16,387 nt of DNA from Candidatus Eiseniibacteriota bacterium (GTDB lineage: Bacteria; Eisenbacteria; RBG-16-71-46; CAZAMP01), in the NCBI GenBank assembly GCA_965224245.1, contig CBDCYW010000017.1, forward strand, positions 1-16,387. Reading direction: 5' to 3'. The notes beneath the pieces are model-generated. The model saw only the letters and a program-made list of their open reading frames with translations, was not told where the DNA came from and did not search any database. Each line of letters opens with the position of its first letter. The stretch's first letter is position 1. Below, piece after piece: positions 1 through 8,863 of the stretch. The position numbers were made by a program, and so were the translations under genes.

Positions 1-1893
1 ATCGTCATCCGCTCGATGAGCGACGATCCTCGCCGTTGTTCAATCGATTGCGAATCGGTAGATGAGGACCCACGCCGAGGCTTCATCTTCGATTCCAACG
101 AGACTGCTGCGTCGATCCTCCGGGGAGTGACAATCACGCACGGCGCATCTGAGACTGCGCCTGGAGGTGGAGCGTTCCTGTGCATGCAGGCATCCCCCAC
201 GTTTCGCCGAGTGATCTTCGAGCAGAACTACAGTTACGACCGAGGCGGGGCAGGCACTCTCATAGAGTCGAACGCGCGATTCGATGAATGCGAGTTCGTC
301 GGCAATTTCTCTCTCGACGCTGGCGCCTCTCTATTCTCCTCGACAAGTGCGCTCGAACTGAACGCGTGCCGATTCCGGCAGAATAGTCAAGGGGACCTGG
401 CTGCTGGGATTGACGCATCTGGCGGCTCGCTGACTTTGCGACGCTGCGTGTTCGAGAACCAGTACGGGTCCGGAGTACTCGCCCAAGGGGTGAGTGCATT
501 GGTTCTGATCGACTGCAGATTCGTCGGAACCGGACGCACATACGGGGGTGGTGGCGCAGTAGGAGTTGAGACCTCGAGTGCCACCCTGGCCAACTGTATC
601 CTCGATCGGAACAGTGCTGGAACGGGCGGTGGCCTCTACGCTTCCGGCTCGAACGTCACGATGACGGACTGTAGTGTGCGGTCCAACGTGGGCGGTGGAG
701 TGTGGAGCCAGCAGTCGACTATCGAGCTGGAGCGCTGCTACATCGCGGGCAACCATCCCGTCAAGGACACACCGGGCGCGTTCTGGATCACCAACAGTCA
801 GGTGAGTGTCATCGACTGCGTCGTAGCGGACAACTATGGCTATTACTCGCCTGGGATCAGGGTCTCTGGTGCGACCAGCGATGTGACCATCCAGGGCACG
901 ACCATCGTGGGGAACTGGAGCAACGAACCTTCGAGTGCCGTGTCCATCGTCGATACCGACGTCACTATAGCGCGGACGATCATCGCCAATCATCTGACGG
1001 CGTCCGCTATCGAGTGTGAGGGAACGGGATCGGTTGAAGTCACATGCACGAACCTGGTCGGAAACACTACCGACTGGGATGGCTGTGTGAGCGGGCTCGA
1101 CGGGGTCGATGGCAACTTCTCACTGGACCCACTGTTCTGTGACGATACGGGCGACTACCGGTTGGAGACCGAGTCCCCCTGTCTGCCGGGAAACCACCCC
1201 GATGGTGCGGCATGTGATCTGATAGGCGGACTTTCCGAGGGCTGCGAGTCAGCGTTCCTGGATCTGGTTGCGGTGGGCTTCGTGTGCATGCCCGACACCG
1301 TGCTGTCGTGGAGTTCGAACCCAGATCAGCTGGTCATTGGCGGTATCGTCAGAAACGACGGTGATCTGTCGACCCACATCTTCGGCGTGACCGTTGACGT
1401 TGACGGCTGTGTGTCACCCAGAGGTCGGACAACGTTCGTCGGTCCGCTCGCTCCTGGCGAAGCCGATACGGTGTTCGTGGGGCCCTTTGGGGTACTACCG
1501 TCGGATTGCACGGCATCGATGTCCGTGGACATCGACGATTACGTTTCAGAGGCCGACGAGCTGAACAACGAGCTCATAGACGAGCCCGTGTGCACGGTAG
1601 TTGGCGCGCCGGGTGCGACGGCAAACTTGCCAGCTATCCAGATCGCGCCACGGCGAAACCCCATCTTCGGCGAATCTGTCGCTCTCGACTATGCCGGCAG
1701 GCCAGGTGTGGTTGTCGAAGTGATCGATGCTGCCGGTCGCCGCATTCGACGGTGGGAACCTAGGCTGAGTGTCGGCAGCCTGGTCTGGGATAGGCGGGAC
1801 ACTGCAGCTCGCTTGGTTGGGCCAGGTGTCTACTTCGTGAGGGCAATCGTGGGAACCGATAGAGCCGTTTCCAGAATAGTCATAGCCCGATAA
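1..1893 (+). CDS. Secreted right-handed beta-helix repeat protein with CARDB-like domain and C-terminal FlgD-Ig/T9SS-like sorting domain (5' truncated by window)
   Basis: The frame is open from base 1 (IVIRSMSDD...). It has parallel beta-helix repeats (CxFxxN..GGG), the motif GNFSLDPLFC...SPCLPGNHP...CDLIG, a CARDB-like segment (VRNDG...GPLAPGEADTV...VSEADELNN) and a terminal 'VIDAAGRRIR...WDRRDTAARLVGPGVYFVR'. Confidence 0.8.
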   Translation: MVIRSMSDDPRRCSIDCESVDEDPRRGFIFDSNETAASILRGVTITHGASETAPGGGAFLCMQASPTFRRVIFEQNYSYDRGGAGTLIESNARFDECEFVGNFSLDAGASLFSSTSALELNACRFRQNSQGDLAAGIDASGGSLTLRRCVFENQYGSGVLAQGVSALVLIDCRFVGTGRTYGGGGAVGVETSSATLANCILDRNSAGTGGGLYASGSNVTMTDCSVRSNVGGGVWSQQSTIELERCYIAGNHPVKDTPGAFWITNSQVSVIDCVVADNYGYYSPGIRVSGATSDVTIQGTTIVGNWSNEPSSAVSIVDTDVTIARTIIANHLTASAIECEGTGSVEVTCTNLVGNTTDWDGCVSGLDGVDGNFSLDPLFCDDTGDYRLETESPCLPGNHPDGAACDLIGGLSEGCESAFLDLVAVGFVCMPDTVLSWSSNPDQLVIGGIVRNDGDLSTHIFGVTVDVDGCVSPRGRTTFVGPLAPGEADTVFVGPFGVLPSDCTASMSVDIDDYVSEADELNNELIDEPVCTVVGAPGATANLPAIQIAPRRNPIFGESVALDYAGRPGVVVEVIDAAGRRIRRWEPRLSVGSLVWDRRDTAARLVGPGVYFVRAIVGTDRAVSRIVIAR

Positions 1894-1957
1894 CGCCTCG
1901 AACGCAGGGGCTTGGACGGTCGCTGACCTCGGGTCGACAGTCGAAACGGGGACCAGG

Positions 1958-4596
1958 ATGCATTCTGATAGGTTCTCCTTGATCGTGCTCGGGGCTGCAC
2001 TTGCCTGTAGGCCCTGCGCGGCATCGGCGATGTCTGGCGGCTGGAGTCCATTTGCAGGTGCTATTGGCCTCGATGATGAGGTGATTGCGATCGCCTCTAT
2101 GCCATTCCAGTACAGCGAACCGCACGCGCGAGCTGCGCTTGTCGTTGGCGGGGAATTCACCGCGATCGATGGCTCACCACCATCCTACTTGGCTCAATGG
2201 GACGATGGCTCTTGGTCCAGTCTGGGAGCTGGCGTCGATGCGCGTGTTCGCGCCCTAGCCTACTATCGTCGAGAGTTCATAGCGGCTGGCGACTTCATGA
2301 CCGCAGGCGGCACCAGCGTGGACCGAATCGCATCTTGGGACGGTCAGGACTGGAGCGCCCTCGGAGCCGGCATCAATGCCAGCGGGCGCGTCATGACGGT
2401 CTTCGACGACAACCTCGTCATCGGAGGCAACTTCACCCAGGCTGGCGGCGTTGCCGCGAACCACATCGCGCTATGGAATGGAGCGGGCTGGGGCAGCCTT
2501 GGCTCAGGGCTCAGCACTTCCCCGAACGATCTCGCGGTCTTTCAGTCCGAGCTGTACGCGGGCGGCGCCTTCACCGAGGCGGGAGGTATAACCGTCTCAC
2601 GATTGGCACGCTGGGACGGCTCGACATGGCGCGATGTCGGGGGCGGTACGAATGCTAGCCCGCGTGCGCTGCTCGTCTATGACGGTGCCCTCGTCGTCGC
2701 AGGCAATTTCTCATCGGTCGGCGGTGAGCCGATTCCGTTCATCGCGCGCTGGGACGGCACGTCATGGTCCTCTCTGGGCGGCGGCGTCAACGGCCAGGTT
2801 CACGCGCTTGCTCACTACCGAAACGACCTGATCGTTGGCGGCGAGTTCAGTCAAGCAGGCGGTGAGCCTGCTTCGCACATCGCGAGGTGGAACGGCGCGG
2901 AGTGGTCATCCATGGCGGACGGTTTCGACGATCGCGTCGGCGTGCTCTTTCCTCACAACGGTCACGTCTTTGCCGGCGGGGTTTTCACCACGGCCGGTGG
3001 CGTGCCCTCGCCGTACTTCGCGCAGTGGGGACGATCTGTCGGCCGACCCTGTTGTCTACGAAGTACAGCCTGCCGGTGATGGAGACTTCCCGACAATCCA
3101 GGCTGGCATCTTCGCCGTGGCGGACGGGGATACAATTGAACTGGCGGATGGCATCTTCCGCGGAGATGGGAACTGGGACCTAGATACGGTTCAGAAAGAG
3201 GTAACGATCCGCTCGAAGAGCGGTGTTCGGGAGCAGTGCGTGATTGACGGTGAAGGGAGTCATCGGGGCTTCTACTTGCACTCCGCCGAGGACTCCACCA
3301 CTGTAATCAGTGGCTTGACGATTCGGAACGGATTCGGGTCGAGACTTCCATTTGCGGTGGAAGGCGGCGGCGGGATCGCTGCGAACATCTCGTCTCCGCG
3401 GGTTCGTGGTTGTCTCATTGAGAACTGTGAGGCCACGTACGGTGGGGGAATCTATGTTGTGGACTTCAACTACTTCCGATTGGAGGACACGGTTATTCGA
3501 GGATGCACAGGAGGGGGGGTCGTGGCGGACAACGGCCTCTTTGACATGGTATCCAGCGTCGTGTCGCGGACTTCCGGCCACGGGATACAAATACAGAACG
3601 CTGTCAGACTGCGCGGGTGCACGATCGTCGACAACACGGGCGCTGGTGTCTATGCAACCGGCACATCGGCAGATATCGAACTGCGTGAGACCATCTTCGC
3701 GTCGAATGGAGTTGCCGCGGTCGTTGGTACGTTCTCGCTCCCGATCGTATTCTGCACGGATGTGTGGGGTCACGCGAGTGGTGACTGGATAGGCGCGCTC
3801 GCTGGATACGGCAGCATCAACGGCAATTTCTCTGCCGACCCGCTCTTCTGCGACGCACCAGCCAATGACCTAACACTAGAGTCCAGCTCACCGTGTCTAC
3901 CGGGGCAACACCCAAATGGTTATGACTGTGATCTCATCGGCGCACTCGGTCAGGGCTGTGAAGGTGCCCTCGCGAACCTAGCGCCGGCCGGTTTCGTTTG
4001 CCTCCCCGACTCGGCCACAGCATGGGCCGATGACCCCGACAGCCTCCGCATCGGTGCCATCGTCATCAACGACGGAACCCTCACGTCAGGCACCTTCGAC
4101 GTACGCATCGAGATCGAGGGCTGCGTCGGGTTCTGGGGCGACACGCAGGCGATCGGGCCGCTGAGCCCGGGAGAGGTGGACACCGTCTTTGCCGGGCCGT
4201 TTGCGGTCGAGCCCGAGCAATGCAGCGCGTCCGTCTTCGTGGACTACAACGATGACGAGGCGGAGTCATCGGAGCTGGACAACGACATCGTGGATGCGTC
4301 GGTGTGCACTGTCGTTGGGGTCCCGGGAGAGGGGAGCAACGCACCCCGGGCCTGGACTGCGTGGCCCAATCCATCACGCGGGAGCGTACGGTTTGGTGGC
4401 CCCTCACGTATCACCCAGGTAACAGTCTTCGATGTACACGGCCGTCGAGTGCGCGGGCTCAGTGCTCTGGACGGTGGCCAGGTGCGCTGGGATCGAGAGG
4501 ACAGATCGAGGGGGACGCGTGGCACCGGGAGTCTACTTCGCTCGTATCACGTCGTCCGCGGGTGAGGTAACCCTCCGCGTACTCTTGAGCGAATGA
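1958..4596 (+). CDS. Secreted multidomain protein (signal peptide, ~7-bladed beta-propeller, beta-helix, CARDB-like, FlgD-Ig-like tail); one gene split by two apparent +1 frameshifts at 3027-3030 and 4510-4514
   Basis: ORF 1958-3079 has a Sec-like signal (MHSDRFSLIVLGAALAC...ASA) and ~46-aa GGxFxxAGG...IAxWDG..W..LG repeats. Removing one G from G4 at 3027-3030 joins ...YFAQW to DDLSADPVVYEVQPAGDGDFPTIQ of ORF 2835-4565. Removing one G from G5 at 4510-4514 restores GRVAPGVYFARITSSAGEVTLRVLLSE-stop(4594-4596), matching the paralog's tail. Reconstructed length is 878 aa. Confidence 0.75.
2138..3028 (+). repeat. Intragenic ~138-bp (46-aa) tandem repeats, six complete plus a partial seventh (beta-propeller blades)
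   Basis: Repeated LxxGGxFTxAGG....IAxWDG..WSxLGxG.N..V.AL units in the translation. The N-terminal GWSPFAGAIGLDDEVIAI segment could supply the missing half of blade 7. Confidence 0.7.
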
Positions 4597-5207
4597 TGGT
4601 ACGTGACGCGCGCTGGGCGGGGGAAAATGACGTTACTGACAAGGCTGATGTCATTGGGCGCGTCTGTGAAGCACTTGCGTCGGGACAGGGCGCCGAGGCG
4701 CAGGCCATCGCGAGAGCCGAGTACCCGTTTGAGCCCACCCTCTCGTCGAAGCGCCGATACAGCGAGGCTGCGTCGCTCCGCATGTTCTTGCGAGACGGCT
4801 TCATCGATCGATACTCCGGTCGTCGCCTTGTGTTTCCTGGGACGCTTAGGCTTCTATCCATCCTGCTTCCTGACGAGTTCCCTGCCCACGTGAACTGGAA
4901 GATGAGCGAGAGTCACCTCATGTTCTGGGAGCTGTTCCCAACCATCGATCACGTCGAGCCGGTGTCTAGAGGCGGCGTTGATGCCGAGGAGAACTGGGTC
5001 ACGACGTCGATGCTGCGAAACCAGGCAAAGTCGAGCTGGACGGTCGACGAACTCGGCTGGCGGCTCCTGCCCATCGAGGGGCTTGACCGGTGGGATGGAT
5101 TGATGGCGTGGTTTCTGGACTACGCGAGTCAGCAGCCCGAGATCCTCGACAACTCATACCTGTCGCGCTGGCACCGCGTAGCGCGTCGCCTCCTAACCCA
5201 TGGATAG
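4593..5207 (+). CDS. HNH endonuclease family protein
   Basis: 'FLRDGFIDRYSG...TIDHVEPVSRGGVDAEENWVTTSMLRNQAKS' matches the HNH pattern (RD..., DHxxP.SRGG....N......N..K). The exact start is uncertain (4593, 4596 or later). Confidence 0.8.
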   Translation: MMVRDARWAGENDVTDKADVIGRVCEALASGQGAEAQAIARAEYPFEPTLSSKRRYSEAASLRMFLRDGFIDRYSGRRLVFPGTLRLLSILLPDEFPAHVNWKMSESHLMFWELFPTIDHVEPVSRGGVDAEENWVTTSMLRNQAKSSWTVDELGWRLLPIEGLDRWDGLMAWFLDYASQQPEILDNSYLSRWHRVARRLLTHG

Positions 5208-5937
5208 CGCATGGTCCGAGAATATGAATGCTCAACGCTACAGACTGCTCGATCGCTGTGTCCCGACGAGTCTTGACTCGGTTCCGCGGGAGTTCATCTT
5301 GCACGCAGAAGGCTCGCTCCGCGTAGTATGGGCCCCTTTCGATCACATCAATCGGCTAGCGCGCGTCGCGATCGTCGGAATAACGCCGGGCTGGCAGCAG
5401 ACGGAGATCGCGTACGCTGCGGCACGAGAGGCCCTCGACAGGCAGCAAGACTACGGAAGTGCGTGCGAGGTTGCGAAGGCTCAAGCGAGTTTCGCCGGCG
5501 TGATGCGCAGGAATCTGATCAGAATGCTAGACGATATTGGCGTCAACCGGATGCTCGAGGTCGACACGACGGAAGCACTGTTCGCTAGTCCGCACGCGGA
5601 TCTCCACACAACCTCCGCGCTGAGATACCCAGTCTTCAAGAGCGGTGAGAACTACACCGGCTATGCTCCTGATCCGCTCAGGAATGCATACCTTCGCTCA
5701 ATGACCGAGACGCTGCTAGTCGAGGAACTTTCGGCGGTTGCACCGGCACTCGTGATACCGCTAGGTAAGCCGGCGTGTGTGCGGCACGCGATGGGTTCGC
5801 GCATCACGGGCGTCCTGTTGCTCGACGGCTTCCCACACCCGTCGGGTGCTAATGGCCACAGAGTCAGGCAGTTCGCGGAAGCACAACACAGGCTATCGGC
5901 GGTCGTGACGCGAGCGGCGGAGTCGATCGTACGATAG
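5200..5937 (+). CDS. Uracil-DNA glycosylase superfamily protein
   Basis: Motif-A-like 'PFDHIN..ARVAIVGITPGWQQ', central 'VIPLGK' and motif-B-like 'FPHPSGAN'. It overlaps the HNH gene by 8 nt; an alternative start is 5224. Confidence 0.7.
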   Translation: MDSAWSENMNAQRYRLLDRCVPTSLDSVPREFILHAEGSLRVVWAPFDHINRLARVAIVGITPGWQQTEIAYAAAREALDRQQDYGSACEVAKAQASFAGVMRRNLIRMLDDIGVNRMLEVDTTEALFASPHADLHTTSALRYPVFKSGENYTGYAPDPLRNAYLRSMTETLLVEELSAVAPALVIPLGKPACVRHAMGSRITGVLLLDGFPHPSGANGHRVRQFAEAQHRLSAVVTRAAESIVR

Positions 5938-6056
5938 ATGTTTTGCCTGAGTCGCAACCAAGGATCGGCGAGATCGGGGCAGGCCAGCGCATGCTGGCGA
6001 ACGAGGGTACCCGGCGCACCCGCACCGGGCAAGTAGAACCGTCTGGAACGTGACTG

Positions 6057-6650
6057 TCAGCCTTTCAGTACCGCCCTCAACCGGTTCTGCAACGACCCCT
6101 GCTTGTTCCCGACCACGTCCCTCGGCCCGATGTGCTTCTCGCAGTACTGCTCGGCCGACTTCCCGATCGAGACCTCGAGCTTCTCCATCGGGATCACCTC
6201 CTCGGTCTCGGGCCGGCCCTTGACCGTGACCTTGAGCCCCTTCGAGACCTTGACGACGTCGAAGCTGACGCGCTCGGAGACGTTGGTGGCGCGGCCGCCG
6301 GTGAACTCGCACCGGACGCCGGCGTTCCGGCACGCGTCCCGGTAGGGGGCGAGGGCGGCCCGGTAGGCGTCCTTGGCCGCGGCGACGATGGTCCTCGCCT
6401 GCGCCTCCAGCGCCTCGGCCTCGGTCCTGGCCCGGGCGACGGCCGCCTCGGCATCGGTGACGGCGGCCCGGAGGGCGTTGAGGTCGGGCGTGTCGCCGCC
6501 GGTCGCGGCCCGTGTGCTCGTCTTCTTCGCGGGCACGGCCCCGGGGGCCCTCTTCGCCCGAGCCTTCGCCGTGCGGCCCGATTTCGCCCCGGTGCCGCCC
6601 TTGGTCGCCTTCGCCGCTGTCTTCCTCGGAGCCTTCTTCGTCGTCGCCAT
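6057..6650 (-). CDS. Hypothetical protein with histone-H1-like Lys/Ala-rich N-terminus and coiled coil (possible nucleoid-associated protein), 197 aa
   Basis: ATG at 6650 preceded by GGAGGA (6655-6660). The sequence begins MATTKKAPRKTAAKATKGG...AKKTSTR, followed by an Ala/Glu heptad helix and a globular C-terminus. Codon third positions are strongly G/C in this frame. Confidence 0.7.
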   Translation of the reverse strand: MATTKKAPRKTAAKATKGGTGAKSGRTAKARAKRAPGAVPAKKTSTRAATGGDTPDLNALRAAVTDAEAAVARARTEAEALEAQARTIVAAAKDAYRAALAPYRDACRNAGVRCEFTGGRATNVSERVSFDVVKVSKGLKVTVKGRPETEEVIPMEKLEVSIGKSAEQYCEKHIGPRDVVGNKQGSLQNRLRAVLKG

Positions 6651-6702
6651 CTCGTCCTCCTCGGCTGTGTTGCAGGCGTCGCGGGATGCGCGCCACTCCG
6701 AC

Positions 6703-6735
6703 ACATGCACGCTCGAGCCTGGCGAGGTCATCAAG
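6703..6735 (-). promoter_or_regulatory. Motif A copy 1 (CTTGAT-N15-GAGCG-N2-CATGT), putative promoter/operator of the histone-like gene
   Basis: The minus strand reads CTTGATGACCTCGCCAGGCTCGAGCGTGCATGT, 52 nt upstream of ATG 6650. It closely resembles the copy at 10941-10972. Confidence 0.55.
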
Positions 6736-6757
6736 TCATTTCAGGGGAATAAGTTAG

Positions 6758-6789
6758 CTTGATTTGGCGCCCATCGGAGCGAACCATGT
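6758..6789 (+). promoter_or_regulatory. Motif A copy 2 (CTTGAT-N13-GAGCG-N3-CATGT), back-to-back with copy 1 and pointing to the tyrosine recombinase
   Basis: The plus strand reads CTTGATTTGGCGCCCATCGGAGCGAACCATGT. It is separated from copy 1 by a 22-bp AT-richer spacer. Confidence 0.5.
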
Positions 6790-7069
6790 GGTGAGCGAAG
6801 GGGGCTGGAGAACTCCCTGCATCGCGGGGCCAAACACGGACGCTGGGAGCGGCGTGAGGCACTGATCGCCACGGCGAGCGGTTGGGCGAGGGAAGCGGCG
6901 ACATCCGGATACCACGACGCCCCCGACGACGCTCTCTGCCGCGCCGAGGGGGCGGGGTATCTAGTTCCCCACGCCGATGAGGTGATGCGGAAGCGAAGGT
7001 GCAGAGCGCTGATGCTTGGGGAACGCGGGGACAGTACCACACGTCGTCGCGCGAGCGAGTTAGGAGAGC

Positions 7070-7666
7070 GTGAGGATGCCATATCGTGCCCCCGAGACCA
7101 TGACCACCGCCGAGCAGCGACGGCTCCTCGACGTCAGCGCTGAGAGTCCGAGACCACGCGACCACGTGATGATCTCGCTCGCGCTGGGCACCGGGCTTCG
7201 GCTCGGCGAGCTGCTCGCGCTCGACGTCGGCGATGTGAGTCCCGACGGCGTCCACGTGCGCACACGCGTGAAGCTGCGCGTCGAGACGACCAAGGGCGCG
7301 CGCAAGGGCGAGGTGTTTCTGCCCGATCGGGTCGTCGAGAAGCTGACGCGGTTCCTGGCGTGGAAGTCGATGATGGGGGAGTCGCTCGATGGCGACGCGC
7401 CGTTGTTCATCTCATCGTGGGGGAGACGGTTGTCGGCGAGGCGGACGCAGATGATGTTTCATGGATGGCAGCGCAGAGCCGGTTTTGATCGACTGTACAA
7501 CTGGCACTGCACCAGGCATTCGGCTATTTCCAACGTCTACCGAGCGTCTCGGGACCTCTTCCTCGCCCAGCGGTTCGCTCGCCACGCGTCACCCCTCACC
7601 ACCATCATCTACACCCACGTATCGGATGAGGAGATGGCGGAGAGAGTGAAGGAGCTGCCGTGTTGA
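7070..7666 (+). CDS. Tyrosine recombinase/integrase, catalytic domain only (~197 aa)
   Basis: RDHVMISLALGTGLRLGEL (box I Arg), TKG (Lys), HCTRH (box II), ARHAS (His) and TTIIYTH (Tyr nucleophile) are all present. AGGAG precedes GTG 7070; an alternative start is ATG 7076. Confidence 0.9.
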   Translation: MRMPYRAPETMTTAEQRRLLDVSAESPRPRDHVMISLALGTGLRLGELLALDVGDVSPDGVHVRTRVKLRVETTKGARKGEVFLPDRVVEKLTRFLAWKSMMGESLDGDAPLFISSWGRRLSARRTQMMFHGWQRRAGFDRLYNWHCTRHSAISNVYRASRDLFLAQRFARHASPLTTIIYTHVSDEEMAERVKELPC

Positions 7667-7787
7667 CGTGGGTTGCGGTCGTCATGGTTGGCACGCTCGC
7701 GGCCCTCTGAGTCTCGACGCGCGTTCCGGCGGGAACTGTCGTAGCGTTCCATGCGGTTTCCTCGCGGAAGTCGCCGGTGTGGACTGC

Positions 7788-8435
7788 CTACGGAATGACG
7801 TAGAGGAACACGGCAAAGAAGTGACAAATGCTGCCGCCGAGCACAAATACGTGCCAGATCGCATGATGGAACGGTCGTCGCGAGACGAAGAAGACGATGC
7901 CGAGCGTGTACGCGACACCGCCGGCCAGGAGCAAGGCGAGTCCAGCAGGCGCGAGTTCTGTCAGCAATGGCCGGGCAGCGCCGACGATCCCCCAGCCCAT
8001 CAACACGTAGAGCAGCAGCTGGAGGCGACGCGCACGACCGCGCGAAACGGCTTCCAGCACGATCCCCCCGATCGCGAGGCCCCAGACCACGGCGAAGAGG
8101 CTCCATCCCCAGCGCCCATCGAGCGTAATGAGAGCGAAGGGTGTGTAGGTACCCGCGATCAGCAGATAGATCGCGGAGTGGTCGAGAATGCCGAAGACCC
8201 GCTTGCCACGTCCAGACGGCAGCGCGTGATAGACCGTTGACGACGCATACAGGACGACCAGCGTGGCCCCGTAGATGGTGCAAGAGACCACGTCGATCGC
8301 GGAGCCCCTCCGAGCCGCAAACACGATCATGAGAACGAGCGCCGCGATCCCGATCAGCAAGCCGACGCCGTGAGTCAGGCTATGGGCCAGCTCCTCGGCG
8401 GCCGTGAACTTCTCGTCGGGATCTTTGGCAGGCAT
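7788..8435 (-). CDS. trhA: Haemolysin III / PAQR family membrane protein
   Basis: EELAHSLTHGVG, YASSTVYH, DHSAIYLLIAGTYTPF and HAIWHVFVLGGSICHF signatures, with about 7 hydrophobic segments. Confidence 0.92.
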   Translation of the reverse strand: MPAKDPDEKFTAAEELAHSLTHGVGLLIGIAALVLMIVFAARRGSAIDVVSCTIYGATLVVLYASSTVYHALPSGRGKRVFGILDHSAIYLLIAGTYTPFALITLDGRWGWSLFAVVWGLAIGGIVLEAVSRGRARRLQLLLYVLMGWGIVGAARPLLTELAPAGLALLLAGGVAYTLGIVFFVSRRPFHHAIWHVFVLGGSICHFFAVFLYVIP

Positions 8436-8533
8436 GGTTCGGATCTACAACGCTCCTCACATCGATCTGGTGGAGGCGGCAGCATAGCAAAGGGCCAGGG
8501 TAGGGACATTCTGGGGCACGAAAGCGGCAGCGG

Positions 8534-8863
8534 TCAGGGCAGGGCGCGGCGCTGGTCCGTCCACGAGATCGATCGCAGCGCGGCCCGAAGCCGGGTCTCC
8601 CCAACCACGATCGTCCCATCGAGCAGCCCCACCTGGATGTCCGGCGCCAGTCCCAGCAGCGCCGTGATCTGCGAGAGCCGCGCCCTCGACACCCCGGCGA
8701 CCCGAGCCACCTCGGCGAACGACTCCACACGCCCGTCGCGCACCATCTCGTCGAGCATGAGCGCCAGCGCCATGAGCCGGGCCGATCGGGGCACGGTGGG
8801 GACATCGGGTTCGGCGGCAGGGGCAGACTTGGGGCGAAACGTGGCGCGTATCGTCACGCTCAT
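8534..8863 (-). CDS. Small HTH-like protein coupled to the serine recombinase
   Basis: 'ALALMLDEMVRDG...SFAEVARVAGVSRARLSQITALLGLAPDIQ' is HTH-like. There is an ATGA overlap with the recombinase stop (8860-8863) and GGAGG upstream. Confidence 0.75.
   Translation of the reverse strand: MSVTIRATFRPKSAPAAEPDVPTVPRSARLMALALMLDEMVRDGRVESFAEVARVAGVSRARLSQITALLGLAPDIQVGLLDGTIVVGETRLRAALRSISWTDQRRALP

Noticed and set aside
2835-3030. N-terminal part of ORF 2835-4565 as a real independent gene start
   Set aside because: It overlaps the propeller ORF out of frame and has no signal peptide. Recognisable sequence begins only after the G run at 3027-3030.
5984-5999. GCCAGC-GCAT-GCTGGC hairpin between converging genes as a terminator
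   Set aside because: The stem is only 6 bp with no U-tract on either strand, so support is insufficient.
5893-6762. Several long overlapping ORFs around the histone-like gene, and similar antisense ORFs over hlyIII, the recombinases and dnaB
   Set aside because: These are shadow ORFs expected at high GC. They are Arg/Pro/Gly-rich and have no motifs or RBS.
6730-6763. ATCAAG-N22-CTTGAT inverted repeat as a dif/Xer-like recombination site
   Set aside because: The arms are too short and the spacer too long for a tyrosine-recombinase core site. It is explained by the two back-to-back motif A copies.
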